From assembly GCA_963823655.1 (NCBI GenBank), contig CAWGMK010000010.1, forward strand, positions 256,001 to 320,000: a stretch of DNA of 64,000 bases. Reading direction: 5' to 3'. The position numbers were made by a program, and so were the translations under genes. The notes beneath the pieces are model-generated. The model made no database searches. It was not told where the DNA came from and worked only from the letters and a program-made list of their open reading frames with translations. Within the stretch, counting starts at the first letter, position 1. Each line of letters starts with the position of its first letter. Source of the DNA: an uncultured Bacillota bacterium (lineage in GTDB: Bacteria > Bacillota > DTU025 > MWDF01). Positions 32,514-44,524 of the stretch are shown in pieces.

Positions 32514-34734
32514 TCACGTAGCCAAATCCTCTTCCAGATTATCAAGGACCTTATGTAGAGTCAGCGTATCCATATCGTATCTGGGCAGGCAGTAATGACA
32601 CCCGTTATAGCCGCTGTCCCTGATCAGATCCGCCACCTCGCCAAGGTTCTTGCAGAACGACTTGTTGCCCGCTGACATAAGAGATGCCCAATGGCAATCA
32701 AGTCTATGTATCTCCTTGGAGTGGAGGTTGGCCACATGCCAATGAGGATTGAACCTGTAGAGGTATCGCAAGGTTACCTTTGACTTATCAGCGTTAAGCG
32801 CAGTAACCCGGAATGCGATATATCCTGCTGTCTCCCCTTCTTGGGCCATCGATACATAAGTGTGGCCGACAACCGCGGCTACCCCAAAGCGGGTAAATCC
32901 AGAAGCCGGGATGTTCACAGCGGCCAAGTCGGTGCTGCCAATATCCCCCAAGTCTGTGACTCCCTTTTGCTTCAGGTTGTTAGCCCAGAATTTGCCCTGG
33001 TAATAGTAAAGATCGCCTCCTGTAATATTACCCAAGGTATTTGTAGAGAAGTCGAAGCTGTCCTCGCTATCAAAAACCACTTGGAGCAGGGAGTGAGCGT
33101 GGAAAGCCTGCTGGATATCATTGAAATACGGAAAGCCGTTCAGCAGATTGTTATCGATATCGGCAGCTTTGTAAAGGGCTGTTAGCAGGTTGCTTTCGTG
33201 CGGATCGGAGAAGTAGTAGTCTCTGGGGAAAGCCGAGAGTATCTGGTGAGCCTCCAGTATTAGCTGGTCTGCGATTCGCGCCCCCAGTGCTCCATGGTTG
33301 TTGATCAGCCGCTGCCTGAAGTCCCAGGCCGCCCCGCTGATTATCATCCCGCCGGTATGCCCCTCGCTGTTGTAACTGCTCCTGCCGGGATACTGATTGG
33401 TGTTTTGAAGATTCCTTGGAGTGAAACAGCCCTCACCAAGCCTGGAATCGTTGGTGAAACTGCACGCGAAGTAGTCCGCAAAGCCCTCGTCCATGGCGTA
33501 AGCTTCCGTATATGCGTCCGGCCAGCCGATATAGTCGCCGTATTCATGGCACAAAATGTTATGCGTGCATTCGTGGTAAATCACGTCGCTGCTCCTGGCG
33601 AAGTTATTTGTGCCGAAAGTCATGGGATTGCCGGCATAAGCGTTGGAGAAGGCGTAGTTGACCTTCACATTGAAGCGATTGGTCCCGTCAAGGTTCGCCC
33701 ATAAATAGCCGAGTTCGGTTTCCAGCCAGTCATGGTATAGGTTCATATGGTAGAAGAGGTTAATATGATCCCTGTCTGCGGCAGTCCAGGTCATGTCGCA
33801 GGGGTTGTCGGTATTACAGTCCCTGGTTGCTATGTAATCCGTGCCATCGCTGTTTTGGACCCTTGCATAAGGGCCTTCCAGTTTGAAGGTGGCATGATGA
33901 ATGGGAAACAGCCACCAGTACCAGGGGACGTTACGGGAATATGCGCCAGAGTGGTTAGTGTTGGCATTTCCCGCGAATTCGACATCTACGATCTCATGGC
34001 GCAAAGGCACAGTACTTAGCGCATCTGTCGGATTTGCTGGATATATCTCGCCTCTGACCGTGCCGGTTACCTGTACACCCGGAAACCTTGCGGTGTAAGA
34101 CCGGAGGATCTTGCCATCGATTGCGTCAATGATAAAATACTTCTCAATCTCGGGGTCGGTCTGCTCTTTTGCGAGCAGAAATTTCCAAGCCAGATGATGT
34201 ACTGATCGTGCCTTCTGCTGTCACCGGGAAAATCAGCAGGATGCTCTCACTCTCGCTCAATTTCTGAGAATCACCCTTCGGATAGGTCTTTTTTGCAATA
34301 TCGACGGCTTTTTTCAGGTCAACCTTCGGATCTGTTGTAATTTTGATTCCGGGCAGGTAATTTGATGCGAATGAGCTAACCTTGCCGTCTTCCGCAGTTT
34401 CCAGGCTAACGACGGCGTTGTATACAGGAATGCCCTTATAAGTCTGCCCGTATTTAACGAACCACTTCCTGTTGATGTTTTTCGCGGACACAAGCTGCAA
34501 ATCTTTGCTTTCAACTTCGAAAAGCTTCTTGTTTTCACTTATAAACTTCTTAAAAACCGACTCGATGTTCGCTTCTAGTAACGGGATCGTGCCTTTCTTC
34601 AAAACGCTTGGATAAGCGTCAATCCCAGAAATGCGGTCGGGTATTTTAGTAAGCCGGCTTCTTGTTATCTGGGCGCTGGCGGCAAAGCTCTTGCCTGTTC
34701 TCTGTGCCTTTTCCTCCCCTTTGTTAATATTCAT
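32514..34734 (-). CDS. M4/M36-type zinc metallopeptidase with FTP-like propeptide and C-terminal Cys/His domain, frameshifted near 34050-34190
   Basis: YGQTYKGIPV propeptide, NAYA, HECTH (HEXXH), EGFADY, EGH..G; C-terminal HRLDC...GCHYC. Confidence 0.8.
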
Positions 34735-34976
34735 ATCACTTACCTCCTATACGCTATTGAATGCCCCTATAAGATGGATATGAATTATTTTATAGATGCG
34801 ATAATATTCAATTTAAGAATAGTTTCTTAATATGAATCATATCACGCTGGCTGCGGGAGCGATTATGGTGCTCAAGAAAAAGCAATGACGGGAATTATTT
34901 ACCATTATCCAATTCAGTATTTGGATATAAGTTCAAGAATATCTTTGAAAAGCGTGCTTATTAGGGAGGGAGCGAC

Positions 34977-36302
34977 TTGGAAAAGAAGAGGATAGAGGGG
35001 TTTAAAGCATTCCTTTTCGTATGGTTCGGGCAGCTGGTTTCCCTTAGCGGCTCGGGCTTGACAAGTTTTGCGCTCGGAGTCTGGGTATTCCTGAAGACAG
35101 GTTCAACCACAGCATTCGCCCTCGTCCAGTTGTTCGCCACCCTTCCATCGATTCTCATCGGCCCTTTCTCGGGCGCCCTGGTTGACCGCTGGGACAGAAG
35201 AAAAGCGATGATGCTCAGCGATAGCGGAGCCGCTTTCTGCACTCTTATCATATTTCTCCTGCTATCTGCAGGCAGACTGGAGATATGGCACCTGTACCTG
35301 CTTCTTGCCATAAGCGCATCATTTGCGACATTCCAGTGGCCCGCATACTCTGCCGCCATGACTTTGCTGGTGCCCAAGGAAAAGCTGGGCCGTGCGAATG
35401 GCATGGTGCAGCTGGCCGAAGGCGTGGCTCAGATACTGGCGCCTGTGACGGCAGGCGTACTTGTGGGGACCATTCTGGTACAAGGCGTAATGCTGATTGA
35501 TATAGCAACATTCCTGTTCGCGCTGATAACACTGTTCATAGTTAGAATACCGAGGCCGGAGCGGACCGCAGAAGGGCAGGCGGGCAGGGGTTCTATCTTT
35601 AAAGAGGCTCTTTTCGGCTGGAAGTATATCCGTGAACGCAAAGGGCTGCAGGGCATGCTCCTGTTCTTTGCCGCATTCAACTTCCTGACCAGCATCGCAG
35701 TCGTTTTGTTCACGCCACTTGTGCTCGGCTTCTCAACAACGCCGATGCTCGGTCTGCTGACCTCAGTAGCGGGCTTGGGGTATCTGTCAGGGAGCATATT
35801 GATGAGCGCCTGGGGCGGGCCAAAAAGGAAGATTACAGGCATCTATCTCTGCGCGATCATGGTTTCTGTCTCTCTCTTCATCCTGGGATTTACCACTAAC
35901 CCCCTTGTCCTTGGCATCGGCGCATTCCTTGCCTTTACAGGAACACCTGTATTGGGTGCCTGCAGCCAAGTTATCTGGCAACGGAAGACCGCTCCGGATA
36001 TCCAGGGAAGGGTGTTTTCTTATAGGAGAGTCATCTCGTACTCGTCTATACCTCTTGCATATGTTGTAGTCGGACCGCTTGCCGACAAGGTCTTCAACCC
36101 GCTCTTGGTGGAGGATGGCAAGCTGGCAGGAAGCATAGGGAAGCTGATTGGAGTAGGACCAGGGCGTGGGATCGGGCTCATGTACGTACTGATGGGAGTT
36201 CTGCTTCTTGCCGCTACTGCCATTGCGTTCTCGTACTCGCACATGCGTAATGTAGAGAAGGAGCTTCCTGACATGGCACCGGACAGTCCTGCCGCTGTAT
36301 AG
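34977..36302 (+). CDS. MFS transporter (DHA3/macrolide-efflux-like)
   Basis: GQLVSLSGS, GALVDRWDRRK, QGRVFS; about 12 TM segments. Confidence 0.9.
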   Translation: MEKKRIEGFKAFLFVWFGQLVSLSGSGLTSFALGVWVFLKTGSTTAFALVQLFATLPSILIGPFSGALVDRWDRRKAMMLSDSGAAFCTLIIFLLLSAGRLEIWHLYLLLAISASFATFQWPAYSAAMTLLVPKEKLGRANGMVQLAEGVAQILAPVTAGVLVGTILVQGVMLIDIATFLFALITLFIVRIPRPERTAEGQAGRGSIFKEALFGWKYIRERKGLQGMLLFFAAFNFLTSIAVVLFTPLVLGFSTTPMLGLLTSVAGLGYLSGSILMSAWGGPKRKITGIYLCAIMVSVSLFILGFTTNPLVLGIGAFLAFTGTPVLGACSQVIWQRKTAPDIQGRVFSYRRVISYSSIPLAYVVVGPLADKVFNPLLVEDGKLAGSIGKLIGVGPGRGIGLMYVLMGVLLLAATAIAFSYSHMRNVEKELPDMAPDSPAAV

Positions 36303-36753
36303 GGCCTGTATGGATACAGCCAGGTTCGTGCCTAAATCTCCGGCTTCGAGAACAAAGAAGTATGCGAAACTAGGCTATGAACGATTAAGTCATAGTGAAT
36401 TGCTTGGAGCTCAATAGCGGTCAATGCTTATTCAACGCCAGTATCGGGGATGAATGGCCAAATTCCATAAACGCAAATTCGCGCCTATAGCTGTTATAAA
36501 TCTGAGCTCAGATGAAGAAACATATGTTGAGTCCGATACTACTCGTGGCAGCTTCCGATCATGTCCTAACCAACCCCTCTCAATCTTAGGAGCTAATCAA
36601 AGAAGAAACAGGGTCCCCAAAGCGGGAAGCTGCCTGTTTTTTATTCCATACATTTACAAATGTGCAGGATTGTCACTATTAGGAAACATAATCGATAATT
36701 GTCGTGGAAATCTCACTCCTTGAACAAATCTGGCGATTAAGGAGAATCGAAGC

Positions 36754-37266
36754 GTGAACAAAGTATTCGCGATTATCCTGGTTATTATGGTTGCTGCCGG
36801 GCTTAGCGGCTGTAGAACCATAAAGTGGAGTTATTGCGTAAACAGCATCTACGCCAATGAATACGTCGACCTGGGCAATGGTCAACACGTTGAATCTCAG
36901 CGAGGCAACGATGGATGGATTATTGTCGATGTCTCCGTGACCAACATTACGGGCAGAACTCAATGCCTCGATAACTACAACGAGCAATTCCTTCTCATTG
37001 TCGGCGAAGAGGGCACAATCTACGATAACGCCGCATTTCCCGAATCAGAGTATGGCATACCATGGGACATGCCTATTGAAAGTGGGGCAACTATCAGGGC
37101 AGAAGTATATTTCGATGCCTCGCCTAGTTACCTTGAAAGCGATGCAATCGGCTTCTTCATGATGGAAAGCATTTTCGTTGAGCCAATGGGCGTGGCGATC
37201 GACGGATCATCCCTTGAACCGGCTTTGCATTCCGATGCTGCCGGTAGAAATGAGGAGGAGAGATGA
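36754..37266 (+). CDS. Lipoprotein, DUF4352-like
   Basis: LSG-C lipobox; WIIVDVSVTN, GTIY, I.SGAT..AEVYFD. Confidence 0.6.
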   Translation: MNKVFAIILVIMVAAGLSGCRTIKWSYCVNSIYANEYVDLGNGQHVESQRGNDGWIIVDVSVTNITGRTQCLDNYNEQFLLIVGEEGTIYDNAAFPESEYGIPWDMPIESGATIRAEVYFDASPSYLESDAIGFFMMESIFVEPMGVAIDGSSLEPALHSDAAGRNEEER

Positions 37267-38160
37267 AAACCAGGAAGCTGCTTCAGCTCGTAATGGCAAT
37301 AATCATCTCAATTTCCGTCGCCGGCTGCATAGGAGCACCTGCTTCGCTTGAGATAGTGCACCTTGGAAAGCCCGTTCGTCCCGGGGACATAGAGACTTTA
37401 ACGGTCCTCGGGGTCGACAGAAGGGGCGGAATGAAACCGGTAATTGCGGACTGGTCGCTGGAAGGGGACAATGGCCTTCTCTTCAACTCGTCCGGGCATG
37501 CTGCATACATCGGCGCACTCAGCCCTGGCACTTCAAAAGTGACTGCCCGCAAAGGCAATCTTGTAGGAATATCGACTTTCGAAGTCTATGAACCTATGCT
37601 AACGAAAATGATATGCAATGGGAAATACTGACAATTATGCATTCTGGATGTCGGTAGGAGAGAAACGCTACTTCCGTGCGATATGGCTACGATCAGTTCG
37701 GAAGGGAAATGACAATCGATCCTGATTGGAGCGTAACGGAACAACTCGGTGATATTCTCCGAATGCGAGGTAATTGGTTTTACGGACGGCGTGTATCTCG
37801 AAGCAACCAAGGGCGGAATAGGTACGATCACTGCAGAGCAAGGGGGAGTGAGCGTTTCACATATGCTTGTAGTGGAACCGTATGAGCGTGTTATAACGCG
37901 CTACGAAATAGACCCGGCTTCCGCGACAGTGTACGTAGGAGACAGGATGGAATTCTACGGAGCTGCTTGGGACCAGATTGGAGGGGAAATCTGGCTTGAT
38001 TCCTCCTATGCTCTGGAAGGGGATATCAGGAACCGTTCATGACCATGGGCGCCCATGCATATTCTGGGCTGAGAAAGCCGGCACTGGAAAGATTGTCGCA
38101 TCCTACGGCACTTGGACGTCAACCGCAGAAGTCGTTGTGATTGAAAGACCCATAGAATGA
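37263..38160 (+). CDS. Lipoprotein with tandem Ig-like repeats, frameshifted
   Basis: VAG-C lipobox; three repeats of D(Q/R).G....W/Y...G..G...A...G...(I/V)TA. Confidence 0.6.
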
Positions 38161-38564
38161 AGCAGGCAAACTAATACTGCTGCACCCACGTACGCAAAGG
38201 CGGTTCATATTCCTGTGTGGTGCTCCCGGTCTTATAAAGGTACATCTTCCGATTGGCAATTACTGCTACTTGAATCTTAAGCTTTGCTGCAGGGCAGCTT
38301 AATTTCTCATGCCGCTTCAAATATTAAATGTCCTCATAGACCGTGTTGGTTGCCAATATTGCTTCATAGGCGAACAGGCAATACTCTAACAGGCTTTGTG
38401 TATGATAAATAATACAAAATATGTATATTTCATATTATATAATGTTGCCGTGAGTTTCTCTGAGCGCGGACCCGTCGGAAATAGGACATATGTCGGGGAC
38501 CCCAGCTGCCGAAGGAACGTAATCACCAATCATTAGTTGCAATTGTTAACTGAAAAACAAGGAA

Positions 38565-39542
38565 TTGGCGGCGCGGATGATGGCAGATGGCTTTTCTCAG
38601 TCGACGTTTTACAGCATGGGCACTTTGGTGTCTTGCGTAGCCTCGGGCCCAGGATCAGAAGAGGCGGTAGGCGAAACTGAGAAGGATATCCTGGAGCTGG
38701 AGCGCAATCTCAGCCGTTTCCGCCCTGACAGTGAGATTTGGGCAATCAATGATGCGGCCGGTAAAAAGCGTGCAAGCATATCAACGGAGACTTGCGGACT
38801 GCTGGAGAAAGCTCTTGATCTATGTCGGTTTTCCGAGGGGCGTTTCGATGTCACCGTGGGCCCTTTGATGGATCTGTGGGGGGATTTCACGAACAAGGGG
38901 GCAGAACCGGAAGCGTTGGCGATTAAGAAGGCCCTCGAACTGGTGGATTTCAAGGACCTCGCAATAGACTCTGACAATAGGACTGCGTTCTTGGCGAGGC
39001 CCGGGCAGAAGATCGATCTGGGTGCGATAGGAAAAGGGTACGCTGCCGACCATGCATTGGCAAAGATGAAGCGACACGGGATATCCTCTGCATACGTGAA
39101 CATCGGAGGCAACGTCGCGACATTAGGGGCGAAGCCGGACGGCTCGCCCTGGCAAATAGGCATATTGCATCCGAGGCGGCTAAATGGGCTTATCGGCAGC
39201 GTATCGGCCGCAGGTAAATCTGTGGTGACATCAGGCGACTACTACAGAGGTTACGATGCCGGCAACGGCAGGAGACTGCACCACATACTGGACATAAGAA
39301 CCGGTTATCCTGTGAACTCGGGCATTATCAGCGCAACAGTCGTATCAGACAGCTCGCTTATGGCCGACGCTCTATCTACGATCCTGTTCGCATCGGGCAT
39401 TGAGGAGTCTTTTGAACTCCTCAGGAGGCTCAAGGGCAATGAGGCCATCCTGGTCGATGAACATTTAGGCGTGTATCTGTCTGCGGGCATAGAGGGGGCC
39501 TTCCGTGCGGCTGATGATATCAGGCCGCTTGTGTTGGAATGA
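38565..39542 (+). CDS. apbE: FAD:protein FMN transferase
   Basis: MGT, FDVTVGPL, DLGAIGKGYA, TSGDY, HHILD.RTGYP, ADALST. Confidence 0.93.
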   Translation: MAARMMADGFSQSTFYSMGTLVSCVASGPGSEEAVGETEKDILELERNLSRFRPDSEIWAINDAAGKKRASISTETCGLLEKALDLCRFSEGRFDVTVGPLMDLWGDFTNKGAEPEALAIKKALELVDFKDLAIDSDNRTAFLARPGQKIDLGAIGKGYAADHALAKMKRHGISSAYVNIGGNVATLGAKPDGSPWQIGILHPRRLNGLIGSVSAAGKSVVTSGDYYRGYDAGNGRRLHHILDIRTGYPVNSGIISATVVSDSSLMADALSTILFASGIEESFELLRRLKGNEAILVDEHLGVYLSAGIEGAFRAADDIRPLVLE

Positions 39543-39566
39543 TCAAGCGAATTCCAAAAGGAGAGA

Positions 39567-40004
39567 GTGAAAGAGATGGCAAGAAAGGGGAATCGGAGGA
39601 TGACTGGCTGGATTATTGCATTAGTCATATTGGCCGGGTTGCTCATATTTGGCGGAGTGATGTGGACGAGGTTAAATAAGGAGCACATTGAAGCAAAGAA
39701 TATTCCCTTAGACGGCGCAGACTTCTCTAAGCTGAAGGATGGCACTTACACAGGCAACTACGCTGGCGGGATGTACAAATGGAGGGCTAACGAGGTAGAA
39801 GTCACAATCGGCACCGGGAAAGTCACGGGCATACAACAGCAGAACTCCAAGGATCCGGCGGCCGCTAGATTCGACACAGAACTGCTCTATAAAAGGGTGA
39901 TAGATGCCCAGTCCCTGCAGGTAGACACGATAAGCGGCGCTACCCTCACCTCAAAGGCATATCTGAAAGCCGTAGAGGACGCCCTTATAAAAGCAGGGAA
40001 ATGA
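39567..40004 (+). CDS. Membrane-anchored FMN-binding domain protein
   Basis: N-terminal TM helix; DGTYTG; flavinylation motif DTISGATLTS. Confidence 0.9.
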   Translation: MKEMARKGNRRMTGWIIALVILAGLLIFGGVMWTRLNKEHIEAKNIPLDGADFSKLKDGTYTGNYAGGMYKWRANEVEVTIGTGKVTGIQQQNSKDPAAARFDTELLYKRVIDAQSLQVDTISGATLTSKAYLKAVEDALIKAGK

Positions 40005-40406
40005 TGCCATCTGCGCAGCAATAAAGCCTGAAATATCTCGAACAGTCGATGCTGGCTTTAGAAGGTAAGGACAAGTGGCAGCGTTTGGCTGCCACTTGTC
40101 TTGCTGTAGGGGCCTTAAGCTAGCCGCGTTTGCATGCGACGAAGATGGATTTGGCAGATGAGTTTGACGTTGCGGACGGGTCCGCCTCAGGCAGCTCATC
40201 GCGACTAAAAATGCAAAACTGCGAAAATCCGTGAATAACAAACAGGATACGAAGGATATCGGTAGAAGGTAAATGCATACGATAGATTGCCTGACTGGTT
40301 TGAGTCGCTTAACTGGGCAAAGAACGATCCTTTACCTACTATCCTGAACGCCGGGGAGGACGGGGCAATTATCTGCCAAGTAGAGGAATTGGAGTGAAAA
40401 GGCACT

Positions 40407-42161
40407 TTGCCGAAAAGCAAGCAACAGAATGCATCCTATTTAAAGCTGATGTCCAAGTACCTTTACCGACAGCGGGGAAGCGTAAGTATTCTGGCCGGAC
40501 TTATCCTGCTGGGAATTGCGCTGCAGCTTGTGGGACCGCAGATACTTCGCTTCTTCATCGATAATGCATTAGCACAGAAGCCCTTGGAGTCTCTGACGCT
40601 GGCTGCCATCATGTACATCGCTTTCGCGGTAATGGGGCAGTTTCTCGGAGTTTTAACCACCTACATTAGCGAGAAAGTCGGCTGGACTGCCACCAATGCC
40701 CTCAGGGAGGACCTTGTCTGGCATTGCCTGCGATTGGATATGGCATTCCATAAGGAGCATCTTCCCGGTGAGATGATTGAAAGGATCGATGGCGATACGA
40801 CGGCGCTCTCTAACCTATTTACGAAGTTCACAGTCACAGTCTTAGCCAACCTCCTGCTCGTAATAGGGATGCTCGTCCTCCTTTCTCGTGAGGTCGTGCT
40901 CGTCGGCCTGGGTATGGGCTTCTTCGCTCTGACGGCTCTTATGCTGCTTTTAAAGGTTCAGTCCGTAGCGGTTCCGCACTGGGTGAAGGTCCGCAAGATA
41001 AGAGCCGAGTTCTACGGTTTCCTGGGGGAGCATTTGCAAAGCGTCGACGAAATCAGCGCCAACGGCGCCATACCTTATGTCATGAACAGGTTTTATCAGA
41101 CGATACAGCAGTGGCTTCCTTTTGCTGTGCGAGCAAGCCTTGCAGGGTATGCGATGTGGATAACCACGGTCTTCATTTTCGCGCTCGGCTATGCCCTTGC
41201 TTTCGGCCTCAGCGGATATCTGTGGACCAAGGGAAAAATCACCCTAGGCACGGTCTACCTGATCTTCACTTATACAAATCTGCTTAACGGACCTATCGAT
41301 CAGGTCAGGGTACAATTGGAAGATCTGCAGAAGGCCAATGCGAGCATAAGGCGCATCAGGGAGCTCCTTTCCATTGCACCGGCGCTAAAGGACGGTGACG
41401 GCCCACCACTACCTGAGGGAACATTAGAGATTCGAGTAGAGAACGTCTCTTTCTCGTACGCTGAGGATCAGCAGGTGCTCGATCATGTAAGCATCAATCT
41501 GGAGCCCGGAAGGGTATTGGGGGTCCTGGGCCGCACAGGAGGGGGCAAAACCACCCTTACTCGCCTTCTCAACAGGTTCTATGACCCTGACGAGGGAAGA
41601 GTTCTGCTGGGCGGCCGGGACTTGCGGTCCGTTCCCATGGACAGCCTAAGGGACAGGGTCGCTTATGTTACACAGGATGTGCAGCTGCTCAAAGCGAGTG
41701 TTAGGGATAACCTTACCTTTTTCGACTCACGCATTAGCGATGATAAGCTCATTGCGGCCCTGGAATTTGTGGGATTGGGTGAATGGTACCGCTCGCTTCC
41801 GGATGGGCTTGATACCCAATTGGCAAGCGAAGGAGGCGGCCTTTCTGCAGGACAAGCCCAGCTTTTGGCGTTTGCCAGGGTTTTCTTGAAATCTCCGGGC
41901 TTCATCATCCTTGATGAGGCTTCATCAAGGCTTGACCCAATCAGCGAAGCGCACATGGAAGGAGCAATGGACCTGCTGCTTGGCGGTAGGTCCGCGATGA
42001 TAATCGCCCATCGGATAACTACGCTGGATAGGGCCGATGACATTCTCATACTCAGCCACGGGCGGGTTTTGGAATATGGTTCAAGGCAGGAGCTGGCAGC
42101 AAACCCTGAATCGAATTATGCCAGGCTGCTAAGGGAAGGAATGGAGGATATGCTGGCATGA
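40407..42161 (+). CDS. ABC exporter half-transporter (TMD+NBD)
   Basis: GRTGGGKT, LSAGQ, ILDEASS, IAHR. Confidence 0.92.
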   Translation: MPKSKQQNASYLKLMSKYLYRQRGSVSILAGLILLGIALQLVGPQILRFFIDNALAQKPLESLTLAAIMYIAFAVMGQFLGVLTTYISEKVGWTATNALREDLVWHCLRLDMAFHKEHLPGEMIERIDGDTTALSNLFTKFTVTVLANLLLVIGMLVLLSREVVLVGLGMGFFALTALMLLLKVQSVAVPHWVKVRKIRAEFYGFLGEHLQSVDEISANGAIPYVMNRFYQTIQQWLPFAVRASLAGYAMWITTVFIFALGYALAFGLSGYLWTKGKITLGTVYLIFTYTNLLNGPIDQVRVQLEDLQKANASIRRIRELLSIAPALKDGDGPPLPEGTLEIRVENVSFSYAEDQQVLDHVSINLEPGRVLGVLGRTGGGKTTLTRLLNRFYDPDEGRVLLGGRDLRSVPMDSLRDRVAYVTQDVQLLKASVRDNLTFFDSRISDDKLIAALEFVGLGEWYRSLPDGLDTQLASEGGGLSAGQAQLLAFARVFLKSPGFIILDEASSRLDPISEAHMEGAMDLLLGGRSAMIIAHRITTLDRADDILILSHGRVLEYGSRQELAANPESNYARLLREGMEDMLA

Positions 42162-43922
42162 ATACATACGAATTCATTAAGCGCCTGATCCTCTACCGCC
42201 CTAAGCTCTACGTGGTAAACGCCTTGTCCTGGATCCTGATTCATACATACCCGGTCGTCCCGGGGCTGATAATAAGGGAGTTCTTCGATACTCTAAATGA
42301 GCAGTCGCGTCTTGATTTGGGCATATGGGGGCTTATAGCCCTTCTGGTAGCTACAACTGTTGCCCATATAGTAAACATCGTTGTAGGTGCGCTGGCAGAT
42401 ACCAACCACCGATTCTCCATGAGCGCGCTGCTTCGCCGCAATACCCTTGAAAGCATCCTTGCCTCCCCTGAAAACGCCCGGTCCAAGTCCATAGGCGAGG
42501 TGCTGAACATCTTCGAGGAGGACGGCAAACAGGTGGAGGATGCCATCAGCTGGTCAGTTGACATGATGGGAATGACGGGTTTCGCCGTAGTTTCTGCCGC
42601 CATACTCGTGAGAATAAGCCCCCAACTGACATTGATGGTATTCCTGCCCTTGATCATCGTTGTCATGATCGCCCAGTCTGCCAGCAAGCGATTGGAGAAG
42701 TACAGGAAGGAGAGCCGTAAGGCCACATCGCGTGTGACAGAGGCGATGGGGGAAGCCTTCAATTCAGTGCAGGCAATCAAAGTCGCCAGCGCTGAGGAGA
42801 GCGTGACCTGGCATCTGAAGCTGCTCGGGCAGAAAAGGAAGGATGCCATGCTTAAGGATAAGCTCCTCTCACGGATCCTCGACTCTGTCTTCGACAACAC
42901 CTCCAAAATCGGGACAGGGATTGTCCTCCTGCTGGCGGCGAGGCATTTGCAGCTGAAGACTCTCAGTGTCGGAGACTTTGCCCTTTTCGTATACTATCTG
43001 CAATACATTACTGAGTTCGCAGCGTTTTTCGGCTACTTCACTGTCCACATCAAGCAGACCGGCGTAGCGCTTGCCCGTTTCAGCAGCATTGTCGGAAAGC
43101 CTGAGGAACTTGTGGGGAACAATCCGCTGTATTCTTAGGGAAAAGCTTCCTAAGCTGCACTTCATTCGCCCGGATCAGTCCGACAGGCTCAAATCCCTTA
43201 CTGTTTGCGGGTTGACTGCGCGTCATTCGGATACTGGCCGGGGAGTACAAGATCTCAGTTTCGCCCTGGAAAGAGGGACATTCACTGTAATAACGGGGAA
43301 AGTCGGATCCGGCAAGACGACCTTAGTTAGAGCCCTGCTGGGCCTAATCCCGCTTGAAGCAGGGAAGATATATTGGAATGGCAAGGAAGTCCGCGATCCG
43401 CGCACTTTCTTCATGCCACCGCGCAGCGCATATGCTCCTCAGGTTCCGCACCTTTTCAGCGACAAGCTCAGGAATAACGTCCTGATGGGGCTTCCGGAGA
43501 ATGAGGTTGATTTAGAGGCCGCGGTTAAAGCGGCGGTACTGGAAGAAGATCTTCATGATCTTGAAAAGGGCATGGAGACGATTATTGGACCCAAGGGAAC
43601 AAAGCTTTCGGGCGGACAGCAACAGCGTACCGCCGTGGCCAGGATGCTTGTGCGCCAAACCGAGCTGCTGGTCTTCGATGATGTATCGAGCGCTTTGGAT
43701 GTAGAGACAGAAAAACAGCTATGGGAAGCTTTGGCTCAGAAATCGCAAGCCACATCCCTGGTAGTCTCGAATAGAAGAGGCGCAATAATGAGGGCGGATC
43801 AGGTACTTGTTATGGAGGACGGGAAGATTGTGGCCCAGGGCCGGCCTGAGAGGCTTTTGGAAACAAGCCCCGGACTTCGGGCGATTCTCGACGAGGTCGG
43901 CGAGGATGCCAGTATGCAATGA
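42158..43922 (+). CDS. ABC exporter second half-transporter, frameshifted near 43135
   Basis: TMD then GKVGSGKT, LSGGQ, FDDVSSALD (degenerate site typical of heterodimers). Confidence 0.88.
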
Positions 43923-43977
43923 TTCCCCGCAGATTATGCGAATTGGGAGATTAGGGCGAAAACCCTAGCACAACATA

Positions 43978-44035
43978 AAAATGCTCCCTCCTCGGTAGAC
44001 AGCAGATTTAATAAGCTATCCCGGAGGGAGCATTT
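43978..44035. repeat. Hairpin element, related copy at 56035..56088
   Basis: 13-bp arms AAATGCTCCCTCC/GGAGGGAGCATTT. Confidence 0.55.
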
Positions 44036-44088
44036 AGGATTCAAACTACACAGCGGCAATTGTTGTGCCGTTGTCTTCCGCCCGCTAT

Positions 44089-44337
44089 CTACTTCTTTAG
44101 TTCGGCCTTCTTCTGCCTATACTCATCATCGCTGATTTCGCCTTTGGCATAACGCTCAGCCAAGATCTCCAGCGCCCTGTTCGTATCTGCGCTATGGTCT
44201 TCGTACTTGTCGGAACAACAAGGCCTCCTGTGCCCGCTGATCGCATGCACAATCAAATATATTCCCAAGCAGACGAGCCCAACCGGCAATATCCAGCTTA
44301 AGCCCATTCCGTGCCATCCCCATCCCCAACCCATCAT
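44089..44337 (-). CDS. SHOCT domain membrane protein
   Basis: MMGWG..TM..ALEILAERYAKGEISDDEY. Confidence 0.85.
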   Translation of the reverse strand: MMGWGWGWHGMGLSWILPVGLVCLGIYLIVHAISGHRRPCCSDKYEDHSADTNRALEILAERYAKGEISDDEYRQKKAELKK

Positions 44338-44524
44338 ATCAATGCGCCTCCTTTGAGTTACCATCTTCGTTATAGACCTTATTTGTGTAGATTTGATGAA
44401 GAAACAGAATGGTCAGAGTTTATGCACAGTAGTGAGACTTGGGCAGCATGCTTTAATAAGGTTCGAACTGGACAAGACACAGGTACAGCTCGGCTCGATC
44501 CGGGCTGTTGCAGGTCAGCACTAA

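Noticed and set aside
38440-38530. Possible riboswitch upstream of apbE (GCCGAAGGA resembles a glycine aptamer)
   Set aside because: No GGAGA/CTCTCAGG partner elements and no FMN-riboswitch signature; an Rfam scan would settle it
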